64,000 nt of DNA from positions 1,907 through 65,906 of the IMG/VR virus record IMGVR_UViG_3300027857_000006; one strand, written 5' to 3'. The position numbers were made by a program, and so were the translations under genes. Position 1 is the stretch's first letter. Each line of letters begins with the position of its first letter. The notes below the pieces were generated by a model. The model worked only from the letters and a program-made list of their open reading frames with translations, had not been told where the DNA came from and did not search any database. The stretch is from a virus (Duplodnaviria; Caudoviricetes). Shown here in pieces: positions 45,708 to 54,510 of the stretch.

Positions 45708-45967
45708 CCAAGGACGAAGCTCTGTATATCGCCCGTGCAGTTGAGACGGCACTCTGGCCGCTGGTCCAGAGTACCGCCGTCCTTTACGGTGACGAGTCAC
45801 ACGACACCAAGCTCGCCAAGCGCCTACGGCGTCAGGCCGTAGAGGCCGTAGAAGACGCCAGCACCGCCATGCTCTGGAAGCAGGGCGGTGAAGCGGACGT
45901 GGAGCTGCTGGAACAGGCCGGGAGGTTACTGCCGGTGGTCACGGTAGAAAAACCTGAAACCCGGTGA
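45704..45967 (+). CDS. Hypothetical protein
   Basis: Coupled ORF. Confidence 0.55.
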   Translation: MTKDEALYIARAVETALWPLVQSTAVLYGDESHDTKLAKRLRRQAVEAVEDASTAMLWKQGGEADVELLEQAGRLLPVVTVEKPETR

Positions 45968-45981
45968 CATCCGGTGCATCC
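45955..45981 (+). promoter_or_regulatory. ECF-like promoter TGAAAC-N15-GCATCC
   Basis: Motif copy; GGAGG and ATG follow. Confidence 0.6.
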
Positions 45982-46006
45982 AATAGAACGTAGGGAGGTT
46001 AAGACG

Positions 46007-46147
46007 ATGGAATGGAAACGAAACTGGGTTTCGCGGGAGGTTTACGAGGCTTACCGCGAGTCACTAGAGAACGACACCTACGACCGCGAGTCCCGCTGGG
46101 ACAACGTCGTGCGCAGTACGGAGGGCGACCATGAAGCAGCGTTTTGA
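46007..46147 (+). CDS. Small hypothetical protein (46 aa)
   Basis: GGGAGG RBS. Confidence 0.5.
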   Translation: MEWKRNWVSREVYEAYRESLENDTYDRESRWDNVVRSTEGDHEAAF

Positions 46148-46409
46148 GGTGTTGCAGCTCAGTAATCGCAGTTCCTTCAAGGGGCGCAACGGCTACAGCA
46201 AGTTAGACCACGTTACTGCCACGGCGGTTCCCAGCGTGGGTGAGGTCCACCTGGACCTGTTCAGCAAGCGTCCAACCGCGCAAGGTGTCGGTACAGCACG
46301 CCTGGAGTTGACCGAGCACGAGGCCGTTGCGCTGCACGCGTGGTTGGGTAGCTTCCTGCGGGAGGTGCGACCGTTGTGGTTTGGACCGGTCAGATTCCAA
46401 AAACAGTAG
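46131..46409 (+). CDS. Hypothetical protein
   Basis: GGAGG RBS. Confidence 0.6.
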   Translation: MKQRFEVLQLSNRSSFKGRNGYSKLDHVTATAVPSVGEVHLDLFSKRPTAQGVGTARLELTEHEAVALHAWLGSFLREVRPLWFGPVRFQKQ

Positions 46410-46547
46410 GGAAACACGAACTTGCGGCACTAGACCCGCGCGAGCCGTTCGACGCGCCACCGCCTTGTACGAACTGCGGCGAGCCCGTCACGGGACCGAC
46501 CGTGTCGTGGGGCTACTGCTCGCGCCGGTGCGCCGAGGAGGACTGGT

Positions 46548-47000
46548 ATGCCGACGAAAAGCGAGAAGTTTGAGCCGGGGCTGGTCTACGACACCCGCGA
46601 CGAGGTCTGGAAGGGAACCTTGGACGTTAGAATCGCTTCCAGGTGCTCGGGAGGACCGGAAGTGCCACCCGACACACGGCGAGCGATTCTAGACCCCAAA
46701 GGTGCCCCGCTAGATAGGAACCTTACCGCGCCAGAGCGCTACCATGAGACGCAGGTTGACGTGGTGACCGTGGCGGGAACCCGGTACACGCTGACGCATA
46801 GTGCTGAAGGTTACCGGGTGTGGCATTTTGCCACCGACAGCAGAGCGCTTTACGCGGACTGGCCGGTCCTGGTAACCTACGGCGTGGGGCTACGCTTTGC
46901 CGACTACGCCTTCAACGGTCTCAGGTCGTCACCTGAGCCAAACCGCAACCTACCAACCGAGGTCCGCGAGCTTTGTCTGCGGTACCTCACCAAGGAGTAG
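46548..47000 (+). CDS. Hypothetical protein
   Basis: GAGGAGG RBS. Confidence 0.5.
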   Translation: MPTKSEKFEPGLVYDTRDEVWKGTLDVRIASRCSGGPEVPPDTRRAILDPKGAPLDRNLTAPERYHETQVDVVTVAGTRYTLTHSAEGYRVWHFATDSRALYADWPVLVTYGVGLRFADYAFNGLRSSPEPNRNLPTEVRELCLRYLTKE

Positions 47001-47003
47001 ACT

Positions 47004-47189
47004 ATGGCTTCTAGCCTACAGAAAGCAGCGACGCAAGGAAACTACGGACAGGGAACCAGCAGCGGTGCCTTGTCCCGACGGCCACGTGGTGTCCTGTACA
47101 CCGGCAGACCCGGTGACAGCATCGAAATGTCGGACCGGTACTACCTTGTTGACAAGAACGGGTCCTTCCGGTTTCAGGGGAAGAAGTAG
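47004..47189 (+). CDS. Small hypothetical protein
   Basis: AAGGAG RBS. Confidence 0.55.
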   Translation: MASSLQKAATQGNYGQGTSSGALSRRPRGVLYTGRPGDSIEMSDRYYLVDKNGSFRFQGKK

Positions 47190-47196
47190 AAAAAGT

Positions 47197-47224
47197 TGAA
47201 TCCAATCTTGGACGCGCAGCGTCC
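47197..47224 (+). promoter_or_regulatory. ECF-like promoter TGAATC-N16-GCGTCC
   Basis: Intergenic motif copy. Confidence 0.6.
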
Positions 47225-47268
47225 AAGACGAAGTAGGGCAGTTAAACGAACTAAGAGGTAAACGCAAC

Positions 47269-48420
47269 ATGCTACTCGATCAGATCGTAGAAGAAAACGC
47301 GGTTGCAGCCGGTTCTACCCGGCCGCCACCCGCACGCAGTGAACGCTTTTTGGGACACCTGCCGTTTCGCGGCCTGCTGGCTGACGTCCGGGGACTGTCT
47401 GGAACGGCCTTGCAGGACAAGGCCGAGCTTGGCTGGAAGGTTCACACGATGCCGGTGGGTGTCATCGGTGCGCGTGAAACGCGCAAGGCCGACGGCTACC
47501 AAGCCCTGGTACGTGGCGGTGACGGGGCGCTGTTGTCGATCACCAGCGCGTCTTTCAAGCCGCACCAGAACCCGGAGATCCTGGCCGGGCTACAGTCCAT
47601 TGCCACGGCTGGTGACGCCGAGATCCTTTACGCCGGGGCGTTGGACGGTGGTCGCAAGGTGGCGGCCATCGCTCGGTTGAACGGCGTGTTCACGATGCCC
47701 GACCTGAGGACACCGCAACAGGTGGCGCTGGGCGGTCACGCGGGACCGGTAGACGACACGGTAGAGCTGTACGTGGTGCTGTCGGGTGGTCACGAGGTCG
47801 GTACCCCGTACAAGCTGCGTGGGATGGCGTTCCGGCTGTGGTGCGCCAACGGTGCCTTCTTCACCAAGTACGCACTGAGCACCTACGCGGTGACCCATCG
47901 TCAGGCGCTAGCGGGCCACTTGGACGAGATTCGGAAAGCCTACCAGCGCATCCAGGACGAGTTCACGGACTACGCCGAGATAGCTCGACGCCTTGCGCTG
48001 ACGGAGGCGAACCAGGACCAGCAGCGGCTCTTTGTGGCCGAGCTTTTGAAGCCGGGAATCGTGCAGGAAGTTCGTACGCGATTTATCGCTGGTTTGGGCG
48101 ACGATCCGCCCGACTTCGATATCTATCAAGCCGTAGGCGATAGCCTACGGGGGCAGAGGGCGCTCAACGAGATCCTGCTGGCCAATGAGTCGGAACCCGG
48201 CTTTGCGCGGACCGGGGCGACGCTGTTGGACGCCATCGTGGCGCAGCAGGGGGCCAACGGATCGAACCTGTGGACGGCCTACAACGGGGTGACTCACCAC
48301 GTCAACCACGTGCGCGGTCGATCCGACGCAACGGGTGTGGATGCGGCTCTCTTCGGGGCGGGGGCGACCCTGACCGAGAGGGCGCTGGCGACGGCCGAGA
48401 AGTTCGCGGTGGCAGCATAG
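47269..48420 (+). CDS. DUF932 family protein
   Basis: L.W.V, FKPHQN, AG.L.GGRKV, R.WCANG, LWTAYNGVT motifs. Confidence 0.85.
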   Translation: MLLDQIVEENAVAAGSTRPPPARSERFLGHLPFRGLLADVRGLSGTALQDKAELGWKVHTMPVGVIGARETRKADGYQALVRGGDGALLSITSASFKPHQNPEILAGLQSIATAGDAEILYAGALDGGRKVAAIARLNGVFTMPDLRTPQQVALGGHAGPVDDTVELYVVLSGGHEVGTPYKLRGMAFRLWCANGAFFTKYALSTYAVTHRQALAGHLDEIRKAYQRIQDEFTDYAEIARRLALTEANQDQQRLFVAELLKPGIVQEVRTRFIAGLGDDPPDFDIYQAVGDSLRGQRALNEILLANESEPGFARTGATLLDAIVAQQGANGSNLWTAYNGVTHHVNHVRGRSDATGVDAALFGAGATLTERALATAEKFAVAA

Positions 48421-48433
48421 GGTCACCGCTGTC

Positions 48434-48487
48434 TGCTGGTGGGTGGGTCTGCCTCTTATGTAAGCACGTCACCCACCAGCGCTTTTT
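48434..48487 (+). terminator. Probable intrinsic terminator
   Basis: GCTGGTGGGTG...CACCCACCAGC followed by a T tract. Confidence 0.65.
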
Positions 48488-48488
48488 C

Positions 48489-48515
48489 TGAATCCAAACC
48501 GGACCCAGGGGTTCC
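48489..48515 (+). promoter_or_regulatory. ECF-like promoter TGAATC-N15-GGTTCC
   Basis: Motif copy directly after the terminator. Confidence 0.55.
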
Positions 48516-48535
48516 AATAGACAGGGGGTTTTACC

Positions 48536-48943
48536 ATGATCGCAGTGCGTGACTTTCCGAGCCACTTCGAGCGTGACCTGTTCGCCCAACGGCGAGGCGG
48601 CACGCAGGGCAAGACCAACGAGCACAACGAGACCGGCTTTTTCTTCACTGCCGGGAACCCGTACGACCCGGAGTCGCTCTTCGTCGGCAGCGAGCTTGAG
48701 GCCGGGCTCACGGGACCACGGAACTGGCCAGACGAGGCCACCTACCAGCAATCGGTGCGCGGCGAGCTGCCGACGTGGGTAGTACTGGCGGTAGCACCGA
48801 GGACAAAGCCGCTACAGGAACCATATCCGATCTGTACTGACGGCCTGAGCTATCCATTCGAGTGCTACAACAGCTTAGAGGACCGGCGCTGGCGCGACGA
48901 GCTGATCGCGTGGCGTGCGGCGCGAGGCCATGACCAAGCGTAG
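48536..48943 (+). CDS. Hypothetical protein
   Basis: Follows the promoter motif; GGGGG RBS. Confidence 0.55.
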   Translation: MIAVRDFPSHFERDLFAQRRGGTQGKTNEHNETGFFFTAGNPYDPESLFVGSELEAGLTGPRNWPDEATYQQSVRGELPTWVVLAVAPRTKPLQEPYPICTDGLSYPFECYNSLEDRRWRDELIAWRAARGHDQA

Positions 48944-49127
48944 GCGTAGCATGATGCCGAATGGGGGTTTCGTACGTGGCTGCACCGGCAAGCACCGTCT
49001 GGACCCCAAGAACAAAGCCTTCGCTCAGGAGGCTCTGGCCCGGATGCGGGCCAAGGAACCGGAGAAGGCGATGCACCTGTACCGTTGTCCGTCGTGCCGG
49101 TTCCTGCACGTTGGTACCAGGGAGTAA
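48930..49127 (+). CDS. Small Zn-ribbon protein
   Basis: CTGK...YRCPSC..LH. Confidence 0.6.
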   Translation: MTKRRRSMMPNGGFVRGCTGKHRLDPKNKAFAQEALARMRAKEPEKAMHLYRCPSCRFLHVGTRE

Positions 49128-49143
49128 AAGGAGAAATGGTAGT

Positions 49144-49404
49144 ATGAAAAACGCAACGACACAAGAACAAATCGACTTCTTGATAAGGTACTTCTCGGCT
49201 GACCCGACCGAGGCCGCCGACAAACAGGGTGACGAGCTTCAGGCAGCGATTGAGCAGCGTCAGGACATTAGAAACTGTATCGTCAACGGTACCTCTACGG
49301 CAATGGCGATAATCGGTCCCGAGGCTGGTTCAGTCTTCTCGGCAACCCTGTTTTTCACGGCCGGCCGTCTCTTTGAGGCGTCGTCGAAGGCGGTGAAACC
49401 GTGA
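49144..49404 (+). CDS. Hypothetical protein
   Basis: AAGGAG RBS. Confidence 0.55.
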   Translation: MKNATTQEQIDFLIRYFSADPTEAADKQGDELQAAIEQRQDIRNCIVNGTSTAMAIIGPEAGSVFSATLFFTAGRLFEASSKAVKP

Positions 49405-49769
49405 ACCGGGAACGACTACTGTCACTGGCGGACGCCATAGAGCAAAGGTTCCTGCCGCTTGGCTTCGACATGAGCAGCTACTGCAACGACTACGTGTTGA
49501 CTGTCAAGGACGTACCGACGCTGCCCACTGCGTGCGGCACCACGGCCTGCGTGGCCGGTTGGGCAGTGGCGCTCTTTGGTGATCCTGGCTTCAAAATTGC
49601 GGGTGGAAGCGAAATCTGGGATGTAGCCAGAGAACTACTCGGTCTATCGCCGTCTCAGGCCGACTGGCTGTTCCTGGGTGTGTTCGCCTACCCGAAAGAA
49701 CTGAACCGTATTAGCGACGCCGAGGCCGTGGCGGCGTGTCGTCAGTTAGCCGGCGTTGTTGGTTTGTGA
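49401..49769 (+). CDS. Conserved phage protein (CGT.AC.AGW family)
   Basis: FDM...CGTTACVAGWA...A..LLGL...A..LF. Confidence 0.7.
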   Translation: MNRERLLSLADAIEQRFLPLGFDMSSYCNDYVLTVKDVPTLPTACGTTACVAGWAVALFGDPGFKIAGGSEIWDVARELLGLSPSQADWLFLGVFAYPKELNRISDAEAVAACRQLAGVVGL

Positions 49770-49811
49770 CTGACCCGGATCGGGTTGCAGCGTCAAGCCA
49801 AGAAAGAAAAC

Positions 49812-49839
49812 TGAATCCCGGCAGCGACTGGCAGAATCT
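49812..49839 (+). promoter_or_regulatory. ECF-like promoter TGAATC-N16-GAATCT
   Basis: Intergenic motif copy. Confidence 0.55.
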
Positions 49840-49863
49840 AACAAGTGAGGTCATAGACGAAGT

Positions 49864-50232
49864 ATGAAGTACGGTTACAACTTTTACGTGAAGCAACAAA
49901 GCGAGATCGACTTTCACCGGGTGCTGCGTGAGGCCGACGGAAAGAACGTGGTCTTTATCGACTGCGAACCGACTATGGGTGTGCTGGCTATTCGCAAGAG
50001 CTACCTGAACAAGTTTAATGCTAGCGACGGACTTCTACTGGGTGGAGTTACGCTGGGCAAGGGCTGGGGATGGGGTAGCTGTGACGATAGCAGCAGATCT
50101 CACTACGTCACCGACGAGTGGCGCGGCTGGTGGGTCGCAAACAACGAGAAAGATCTGGATAAGATCAAGACCGAGTTGGCCGCCGCGCGAGCGCAGCTTA
50201 CACGCCAAGAGGTCCGGGTTACCTACTTGTAG
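49864..50232 (+). CDS. Hypothetical protein
   Basis: Follows the promoter motif. Confidence 0.6.
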   Translation: MKYGYNFYVKQQSEIDFHRVLREADGKNVVFIDCEPTMGVLAIRKSYLNKFNASDGLLLGGVTLGKGWGWGSCDDSSRSHYVTDEWRGWWVANNEKDLDKIKTELAAARAQLTRQEVRVTYL

Positions 50233-50247
50233 GGGGAGACAGGATCT

Positions 50248-50775
50248 ATGGTAAAGACAACAACGACAAACGGGACGCGTCGCAAGGAGCGTCCCCTGAC
50301 TATCACCGACATCTTCCGGGATGTCTTAAAGCAGATATCGGACAAGAAGATTAAGCCGGTTGCGGGTACCTACTTGAGATTCTCTGGTAAAAGCCGTAAA
50401 CGGTTTGAACGTTATCGCTATGACCGCAAACAGCTTAAGGATCTACTCGGACTACAGACCACAAAGTGCGAGGCGTGTGCTCTGGGTAGCCTTTTCTGCT
50501 CTCTGGTCCTAAGAAAGAACGACTCGGTGGTCGGGGACCATGGATCGTGCATTATGCGTGAGCGGATGGAAGCCTACACTACGCCCAAGCAACTCGCAAT
50601 GATCGAGGCGGCTTTTGAGCGTAGTGCGAATCCTGTTAGTTCGGTGTACTGGTACGATCCAGATGTTATGGAGTCCACTGGCTTCGCTAGTAAAAACGGA
50701 CTGCGAACCGATAAAGCGATCCTCCGTGCAATCTGCAAGAACGCCATCAAGAACGGCGGGGTGTTCAAGCCGTAG
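50248..50775 (+). CDS. Conserved phage protein (C..CALG family)
   Basis: CEACALGSLF, MIE.AFE, AI..N.I.N.G.F.P. Confidence 0.65.
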   Translation: MVKTTTTNGTRRKERPLTITDIFRDVLKQISDKKIKPVAGTYLRFSGKSRKRFERYRYDRKQLKDLLGLQTTKCEACALGSLFCSLVLRKNDSVVGDHGSCIMRERMEAYTTPKQLAMIEAAFERSANPVSSVYWYDPDVMESTGFASKNGLRTDKAILRAICKNAIKNGGVFKP

Positions 50776-50796
50776 TTCCTGTGCTATGCTGGTCTT

Positions 50797-51183
50797 GTGG
50801 GATTGAGTATAGACAAGGACAAGTACGTCACCGGGCCGTCGGGAACAATGCTACGGTTCAGTGCGACCATGTCACTGACTAAGGAACACTGGTGGACCAA
50901 GGATGGTTGTCTGGCTACACGCGGGCTCGATGGGAAACTCGTGGTACTTCCTCCGGTCCAGTACTTTTGGGTAGGCGGCAAGCGAGTCAAGTACCGGAAC
51001 GACCGCTGGTCGGAGCTTCTGGCGACCGACGTGGCGGCCATGATTGAGAAAAACTGGGGAAGCGAGATCGTGCTGAAGCCTGGAGCCACCCTGGAAACTT
51101 ACATGGATGCACCTGGGCCACCGCTTCGGAAGCCGTCATGGGCCGACCCGACGGTGCAGTTGAGCGAGGTAGGCGATGAGTAA
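50797..51183 (+). CDS. Hypothetical protein, probably leaderless
   Basis: TGcTATGCT six nt before the GTG. Confidence 0.55.
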   Translation: MGLSIDKDKYVTGPSGTMLRFSATMSLTKEHWWTKDGCLATRGLDGKLVVLPPVQYFWVGGKRVKYRNDRWSELLATDVAAMIEKNWGSEIVLKPGATLETYMDAPGPPLRKPSWADPTVQLSEVGDE

Positions 51184-51718
51184 CGAATTGAAGCTTGGAT
51201 CACTGATCGAGCCGGGACGAGAGGTTAACCGGGATGCCGTTCACGTGGCGGTGGCACCAGTTGAGGCCGGTGAGACTTTGCTTCGAGGTGAAAGGGTCTT
51301 TCTAAAGAACGGGATGGCCTATGGAGGAACACCTTCGCTTGGTGAGTACGTTGGAATTGTAGACCCGTTCCTGGCAGTGGAGTTCGCTACGGTAGGAACC
51401 CGTTTCTGGCTCTACCTCTTTCCTGGGTCGATAACCTCACTGCGGCACGAGTGGACACACCCGGCCCTTGAGTCCGAAAGTGCGCCTTCCCCACGGGACT
51501 GGCTGGAGAGGTTCGCGGCGTCAGTAGGAATTTCGTACGATGAACTTGTGGTAGCCGGAACCAAAGCTAGTTGCGGCGAATGGTATATCCAGCGTGGCAG
51601 CGAATCGTTGAGAGACAAAATCAGCGATCCCGAGACACGCGACAGTTTCTGGAGAAACTTCACGGCCGTTACCGGTCTTAAGGAAAATAGATCTGGCGGA
51701 TTCTCCTGTTCATGCTAG
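51176..51718 (+). CDS. Conserved phage protein
   Basis: RDAVHVAV, GIVDPFL, PGSITSLRH.W.HP, FSCSC. Confidence 0.7.
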   Translation: MSNELKLGSLIEPGREVNRDAVHVAVAPVEAGETLLRGERVFLKNGMAYGGTPSLGEYVGIVDPFLAVEFATVGTRFWLYLFPGSITSLRHEWTHPALESESAPSPRDWLERFAASVGISYDELVVAGTKASCGEWYIQRGSESLRDKISDPETRDSFWRNFTAVTGLKENRSGGFSCSC

Positions 51719-52170
51719 ACCCAAACGAGGTACCGCTGTCGCTGCCAGAGGATACCATGGCCGAGTTAACTAACATGGCCGTGGTAGAGCACCCGACCGA
51801 GTCGAGGCGGGCCGTTACCCTGCGGGCCCTTCGTGGCTACGTGGACGGACTGGCCGCCGGCAAGGGACCCCGTCAGGCGGCCCTGGACGCCGGTACGTCG
51901 CTTGGTGAGCTGAAGCGCGGCGGCAAGAAGGTCCGCGAGCGCCTGGAGGCGCTGACCGAGGACTACGGCGCTAGCGCCGACGAGTTAGCAAGGCTGGTGA
52001 AGATGACCTGGACCCAGTTAGCCCTTGAGGCGCTGGACCCGAAGGTTAAACTGGCGGCACTGCACGAGCTGTCGTCAATCCCCGAGGTCGGCCTGAAGGC
52101 CGGCAGGGGCAACCCGACGCGGGAACCGCTGTCGGCTGAGACGCTGGCCCTCTTGGGGGGCGAGGAGTAG
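51712..52170 (+). CDS. Helical HTH-like protein (possibly terminase small subunit-like)
   Basis: RQAALDAG HTH-like segment and KVKLAAL..L motif; function is inference. Confidence 0.45.
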   Translation: MLDPNEVPLSLPEDTMAELTNMAVVEHPTESRRAVTLRALRGYVDGLAAGKGPRQAALDAGTSLGELKRGGKKVRERLEALTEDYGASADELARLVKMTWTQLALEALDPKVKLAALHELSSIPEVGLKAGRGNPTREPLSAETLALLGGEE

Positions 52171-52175
52171 AAGAC

Positions 52176-52373
52176 GTGGTTGCTTTGTTGACTGTTGCGA
52201 TGTTTCTTGGGTTCTTGGCGATTGTGGCTCTTTTGATCGCTGCTCCGATTTACCTACTGTGGAATTGGCTCTGTCCTTCGTTGTTTCACCTGCCGGCGAT
52301 CAGCCTGCTACAGGCGTTAGGAATCGGTATGCTGACGTCTTTGCTATTCCCTTTGGGAGGTAGATCAAAGTGA
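52176..52373 (+). CDS. Small membrane protein
   Basis: Two hydrophobic helices; LLWNW..P.LF.LP.I. Confidence 0.65.
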   Translation: MVALLTVAMFLGFLAIVALLIAAPIYLLWNWLCPSLFHLPAISLLQALGIGMLTSLLFPLGGRSK

Positions 52374-52506
52374 AGACCAAGAAGAACGGCGTTGGCCAGT
52401 ACCAGGGGCGTCCCGGTACCGGCGGGGTCAAGGTGCGAAAGTCGGGTGCCCAGTGGGTAGACATGTCCACTGTGGCGGCACAGCACAACAAGCCGAAGGA
52501 GGCGAA

Positions 52507-52653
52507 GTGAAGAACTACTTGCTCGGCATCTTTACCGGCGTCGCTCTCTACTGGGCGGCATCGAGCACGTACGAGTTGACCCGTCAGGTCAAGGAACAGG
52601 GCGACGAGCTTCGTCTGATCGAGAAGTACATGGTTGGTTCTCTAGGTCGATAG
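52507..52653 (+). CDS. Small membrane protein
   Basis: AAGGAGG RBS, GTG start. Confidence 0.5.
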   Translation: MKNYLLGIFTGVALYWAASSTYELTRQVKEQGDELRLIEKYMVGSLGR

Positions 52654-52698
52654 GCGCAGTAGTGGACGGCTCGTCCGTTCTGGCCCGTTACGTGGGCC

Positions 52699-52986
52699 AT
52701 GAAGAAGTACGGGAAGAGGTCACTATCCGGTAGGTCCTTCGGGGCTCAGAGAACCCTCGAAGAGGAACGTAAGGCCCAGGAGCAGTACGAGCCACCGGAG
52801 TTCCAGCACTACCAGTTTGACGACGGTCTACAGTCCAGGTCTAAGACGAACCTGGCACTGTCGCCCGAGGCCTTTGGGATGGCTACCGGAGATAAGTCGC
52901 TTGGTCGTCACGTGGAACGCCTGTTGGAGGACAACGCCGGACTTACGCTGGCTCGTAGCGAGGCTGGTCCCGGCTGGCCTTGGTAG
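52699..52986 (+). CDS. Hypothetical protein
   Basis: ORF with codon usage like its neighbours. Confidence 0.5.
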   Translation: MKKYGKRSLSGRSFGAQRTLEEERKAQEQYEPPEFQHYQFDDGLQSRSKTNLALSPEAFGMATGDKSLGRHVERLLEDNAGLTLARSEAGPGWPW

Positions 52987-53004
52987 AGAGCCCAGCTAGT
53001 TTCT

Positions 53005-53031
53005 TGAATCGACTTGGAAGAAACGTCATCA
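53005..53031 (+). promoter_or_regulatory. ECF-like promoter TGAATC-N15-TCATCA
   Basis: Intergenic motif copy. Confidence 0.5.
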
Positions 53032-53049
53032 AACAAAGGGAGCGAGACG

Positions 53050-53415
53050 ATGGAAAGCAAAGAAATAACGATGGACAAGAAGTACACGACACGCGACGGA
53101 CGCGAAGCTCGTGTGCTGGCGGTTGATCTTGGCGGGTCACAGCCTGTGGCCGTAGCGTTGAAAACCAAGGAAGGCAATGGATACCTTTACCGGGTCCGTA
53201 AAGACGGCCGATGTTCCCCAGAAACCGCTCCAGACAGCAACTTTGACCTAGTCGAGAAGAAGACCAAGGTAACACGGTGGGTGAACGTGTACGAAGGGGG
53301 AGCCAGTGGGTTCAAAACTGGAATCTCTATGTTTGACAGCCGAGAGCAGGCTGAGTCCATGCACGACCTGGGAAAGGTTTACGTTGCTTCTGTCCCCGTC
53401 GAGTTCGAGGCGTAG
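53050..53415 (+). CDS. Conserved phage protein (KY.TRDGR.AR family)
   Basis: KYTTRDGREARV...DG...FDLVE...WVNVY. Confidence 0.7.
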   Translation: MESKEITMDKKYTTRDGREARVLAVDLGGSQPVAVALKTKEGNGYLYRVRKDGRCSPETAPDSNFDLVEKKTKVTRWVNVYEGGASGFKTGISMFDSREQAESMHDLGKVYVASVPVEFEA

Positions 53416-53444
53416 TTGACAAGCTTTCTGGCGGGTGCTAGACT
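53416..53444 (+). promoter_or_regulatory. Strong sigma70 promoter TTGACA-N17-(TGc)TAGACT driving the RNA cluster
   Basis: Consensus -35, 17-nt spacer, extended -10. Confidence 0.8.
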
Positions 53445-53545
53445 AGTGCTTGTCGGGGAGGCCGGCCGGTTGGTTCTGGCGTTGAACAAAAAAGTGCTGG
53501 GGAGCACTGAGACGTCGTAGTGGACCTTCCGGTCGGCCGTAACGC

Positions 53546-53619
53546 GGGGCGGTCGTCTAAAAGTTAGGAACTGTTCCGAGAGGTCAGGGATGTGGGTTAG
53601 AATCCCACCCGCTCCCACC
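53546..53619 (+). tRNA. Atypical tRNA with GAG anticodon (Leu-like, short variable arm)
   Basis: GGGGCGG/CCGCTCC acceptor, GTGGG-TTAGAAT-CCCAC T arm, imperfect anticodon stem. Confidence 0.5.
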
Positions 53620-53629
53620 GTTTCTTTGT

Positions 53630-53702
53630 GGACCGTTAGGCCAACCAGAGCCAGGCGTGATAAGCGCCGGTGTTGCCGTTTGGATGACGGCACGGTCCAA
53701 CC
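53630..53702 (+). ncRNA. tRNA-like cloverleaf with a shrunken GATAA loop
   Basis: GGACCGT/ACGGTCC acceptor, GCCGT-TTGGATG-ACGGC T-like arm, GGCGT-GATAA-GCGCC. Confidence 0.5.
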
Positions 53703-53709
53703 GCCTTCT

Positions 53710-53825
53710 GTCCGTATGGCATCCAGTGGGTGCCTGGCAAGGGACGTTCGACGCGGTCGCCTAGGCGCGTCGAACGTAGCCCGGCTTCTGGGCCACAGCG
53801 TTAAATAACCAGATAACGGACTCCA
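53710..53825 (+). ncRNA. Expanded tRNA-like RNA ending TCCA
   Basis: GTCCGT/ACGGAC closing stem, 12-bp internal hairpin, CCA then GTTTT. Confidence 0.45.
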
Positions 53826-53864
53826 GTTTTCTGTGTGTACGAGCGAAGCGAGTTAGCGAGTTAT

Positions 53865-53976
53865 GGGGAGACAGCTATCAACTGACTTTCTGCGAGTGGC
53901 TCCTGGTGATGCGGGAGTCCGGCTATCAGCGCCATCCAGCGACGCCGCAGGACCGGGCTCATACCCGGCCCCACCA
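53865..53976 (+). ncRNA. tRNA-like RNA ending ACCA
   Basis: GGGG/CCCC-ACCA, CCGGG-CTCATA-CCCGG T-like arm, long central stem. Confidence 0.4.
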
Positions 53977-53986
53977 GTTTCAACAC

Positions 53987-54102
53987 ACGCCCCTAGCTCA
54001 GCGGCGCGACCGGGTAAAACCGGCACGTGTGACGCGAAAGCGTTGGAGAGCACCCGGCAGATAACCGGGAGGTCCCTTGTTCGAATCGAGGGGGGCGTAC
54101 CA
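53987..54102 (+). tRNA. tRNA-Ile(GAT)-like with ~41-nt D-loop insertion
   Basis: ACGCCCC/GGGGCGT-ACCA, GCTC/GAGC D stem, CCCGG-CAGATAA-CCGGG, TTCGAAT T loop. Confidence 0.75.
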
Positions 54103-54159
54103 GTTCCCACGGGCCGCTGGTCGGCGGCCTGGGCCGAGGAGTTACGGTGTAATACGGAC

Positions 54160-54510
54160 GTGTACAACCGTCGCTGGTACATCGAGACACCTTGGTTTTC
54201 GCTGCGGCTTCATCACTGGCTACGTTCCGACGACAGTCGGGCGTTCCACGATCATCCTTGGAACTTTTGGGTTTTTGTTCTGAGTGGCGGCTATCTGGAT
54301 AGAACACCGTACGGTGACGAGATTATGCACGCCGGTAAATGCGTCTACCGGGACTGCGGACACATGCACTGGGTTGACCTTTACGCCGGTCCCTGCTGGT
54401 CGCTGGTGCTGACTGGCCCGAAAGTTCGCCGCTGGGGTTTTTGGAAGAACGGCAAGTTTACTCGAAGCAACAAATACTTTCTGCGCTGGGGATCGCATCC
54501 TTGTGAGTGA
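54160..54510 (+). CDS. Cupin-fold protein (start uncertain)
   Basis: LHH..RSD..R.FHDHPW.F...VL.GGY, H.V.L, WSLV.TG...R.WGF. Confidence 0.75.
   Translation: MYNRRWYIETPWFSLRLHHWLRSDDSRAFHDHPWNFWVFVLSGGYLDRTPYGDEIMHAGKCVYRDCGHMHWVDLYAGPCWSLVLTGPKVRRWGFWKNGKFTRSNKYFLRWGSHPCE

Noticed and set aside
53445-53976. Full-length tmRNA
   Set aside because: The 3' end resembles tmRNA, but there is no matching 5' acceptor strand and no tag reading frame; the interval resolves better into separate small units.
53863-54159. 5' part of track ORF 53863-54510, and ORF 60274-61020 (-)
   Set aside because: They overlap tRNA and tRNA-like genes and have non-protein-like composition.
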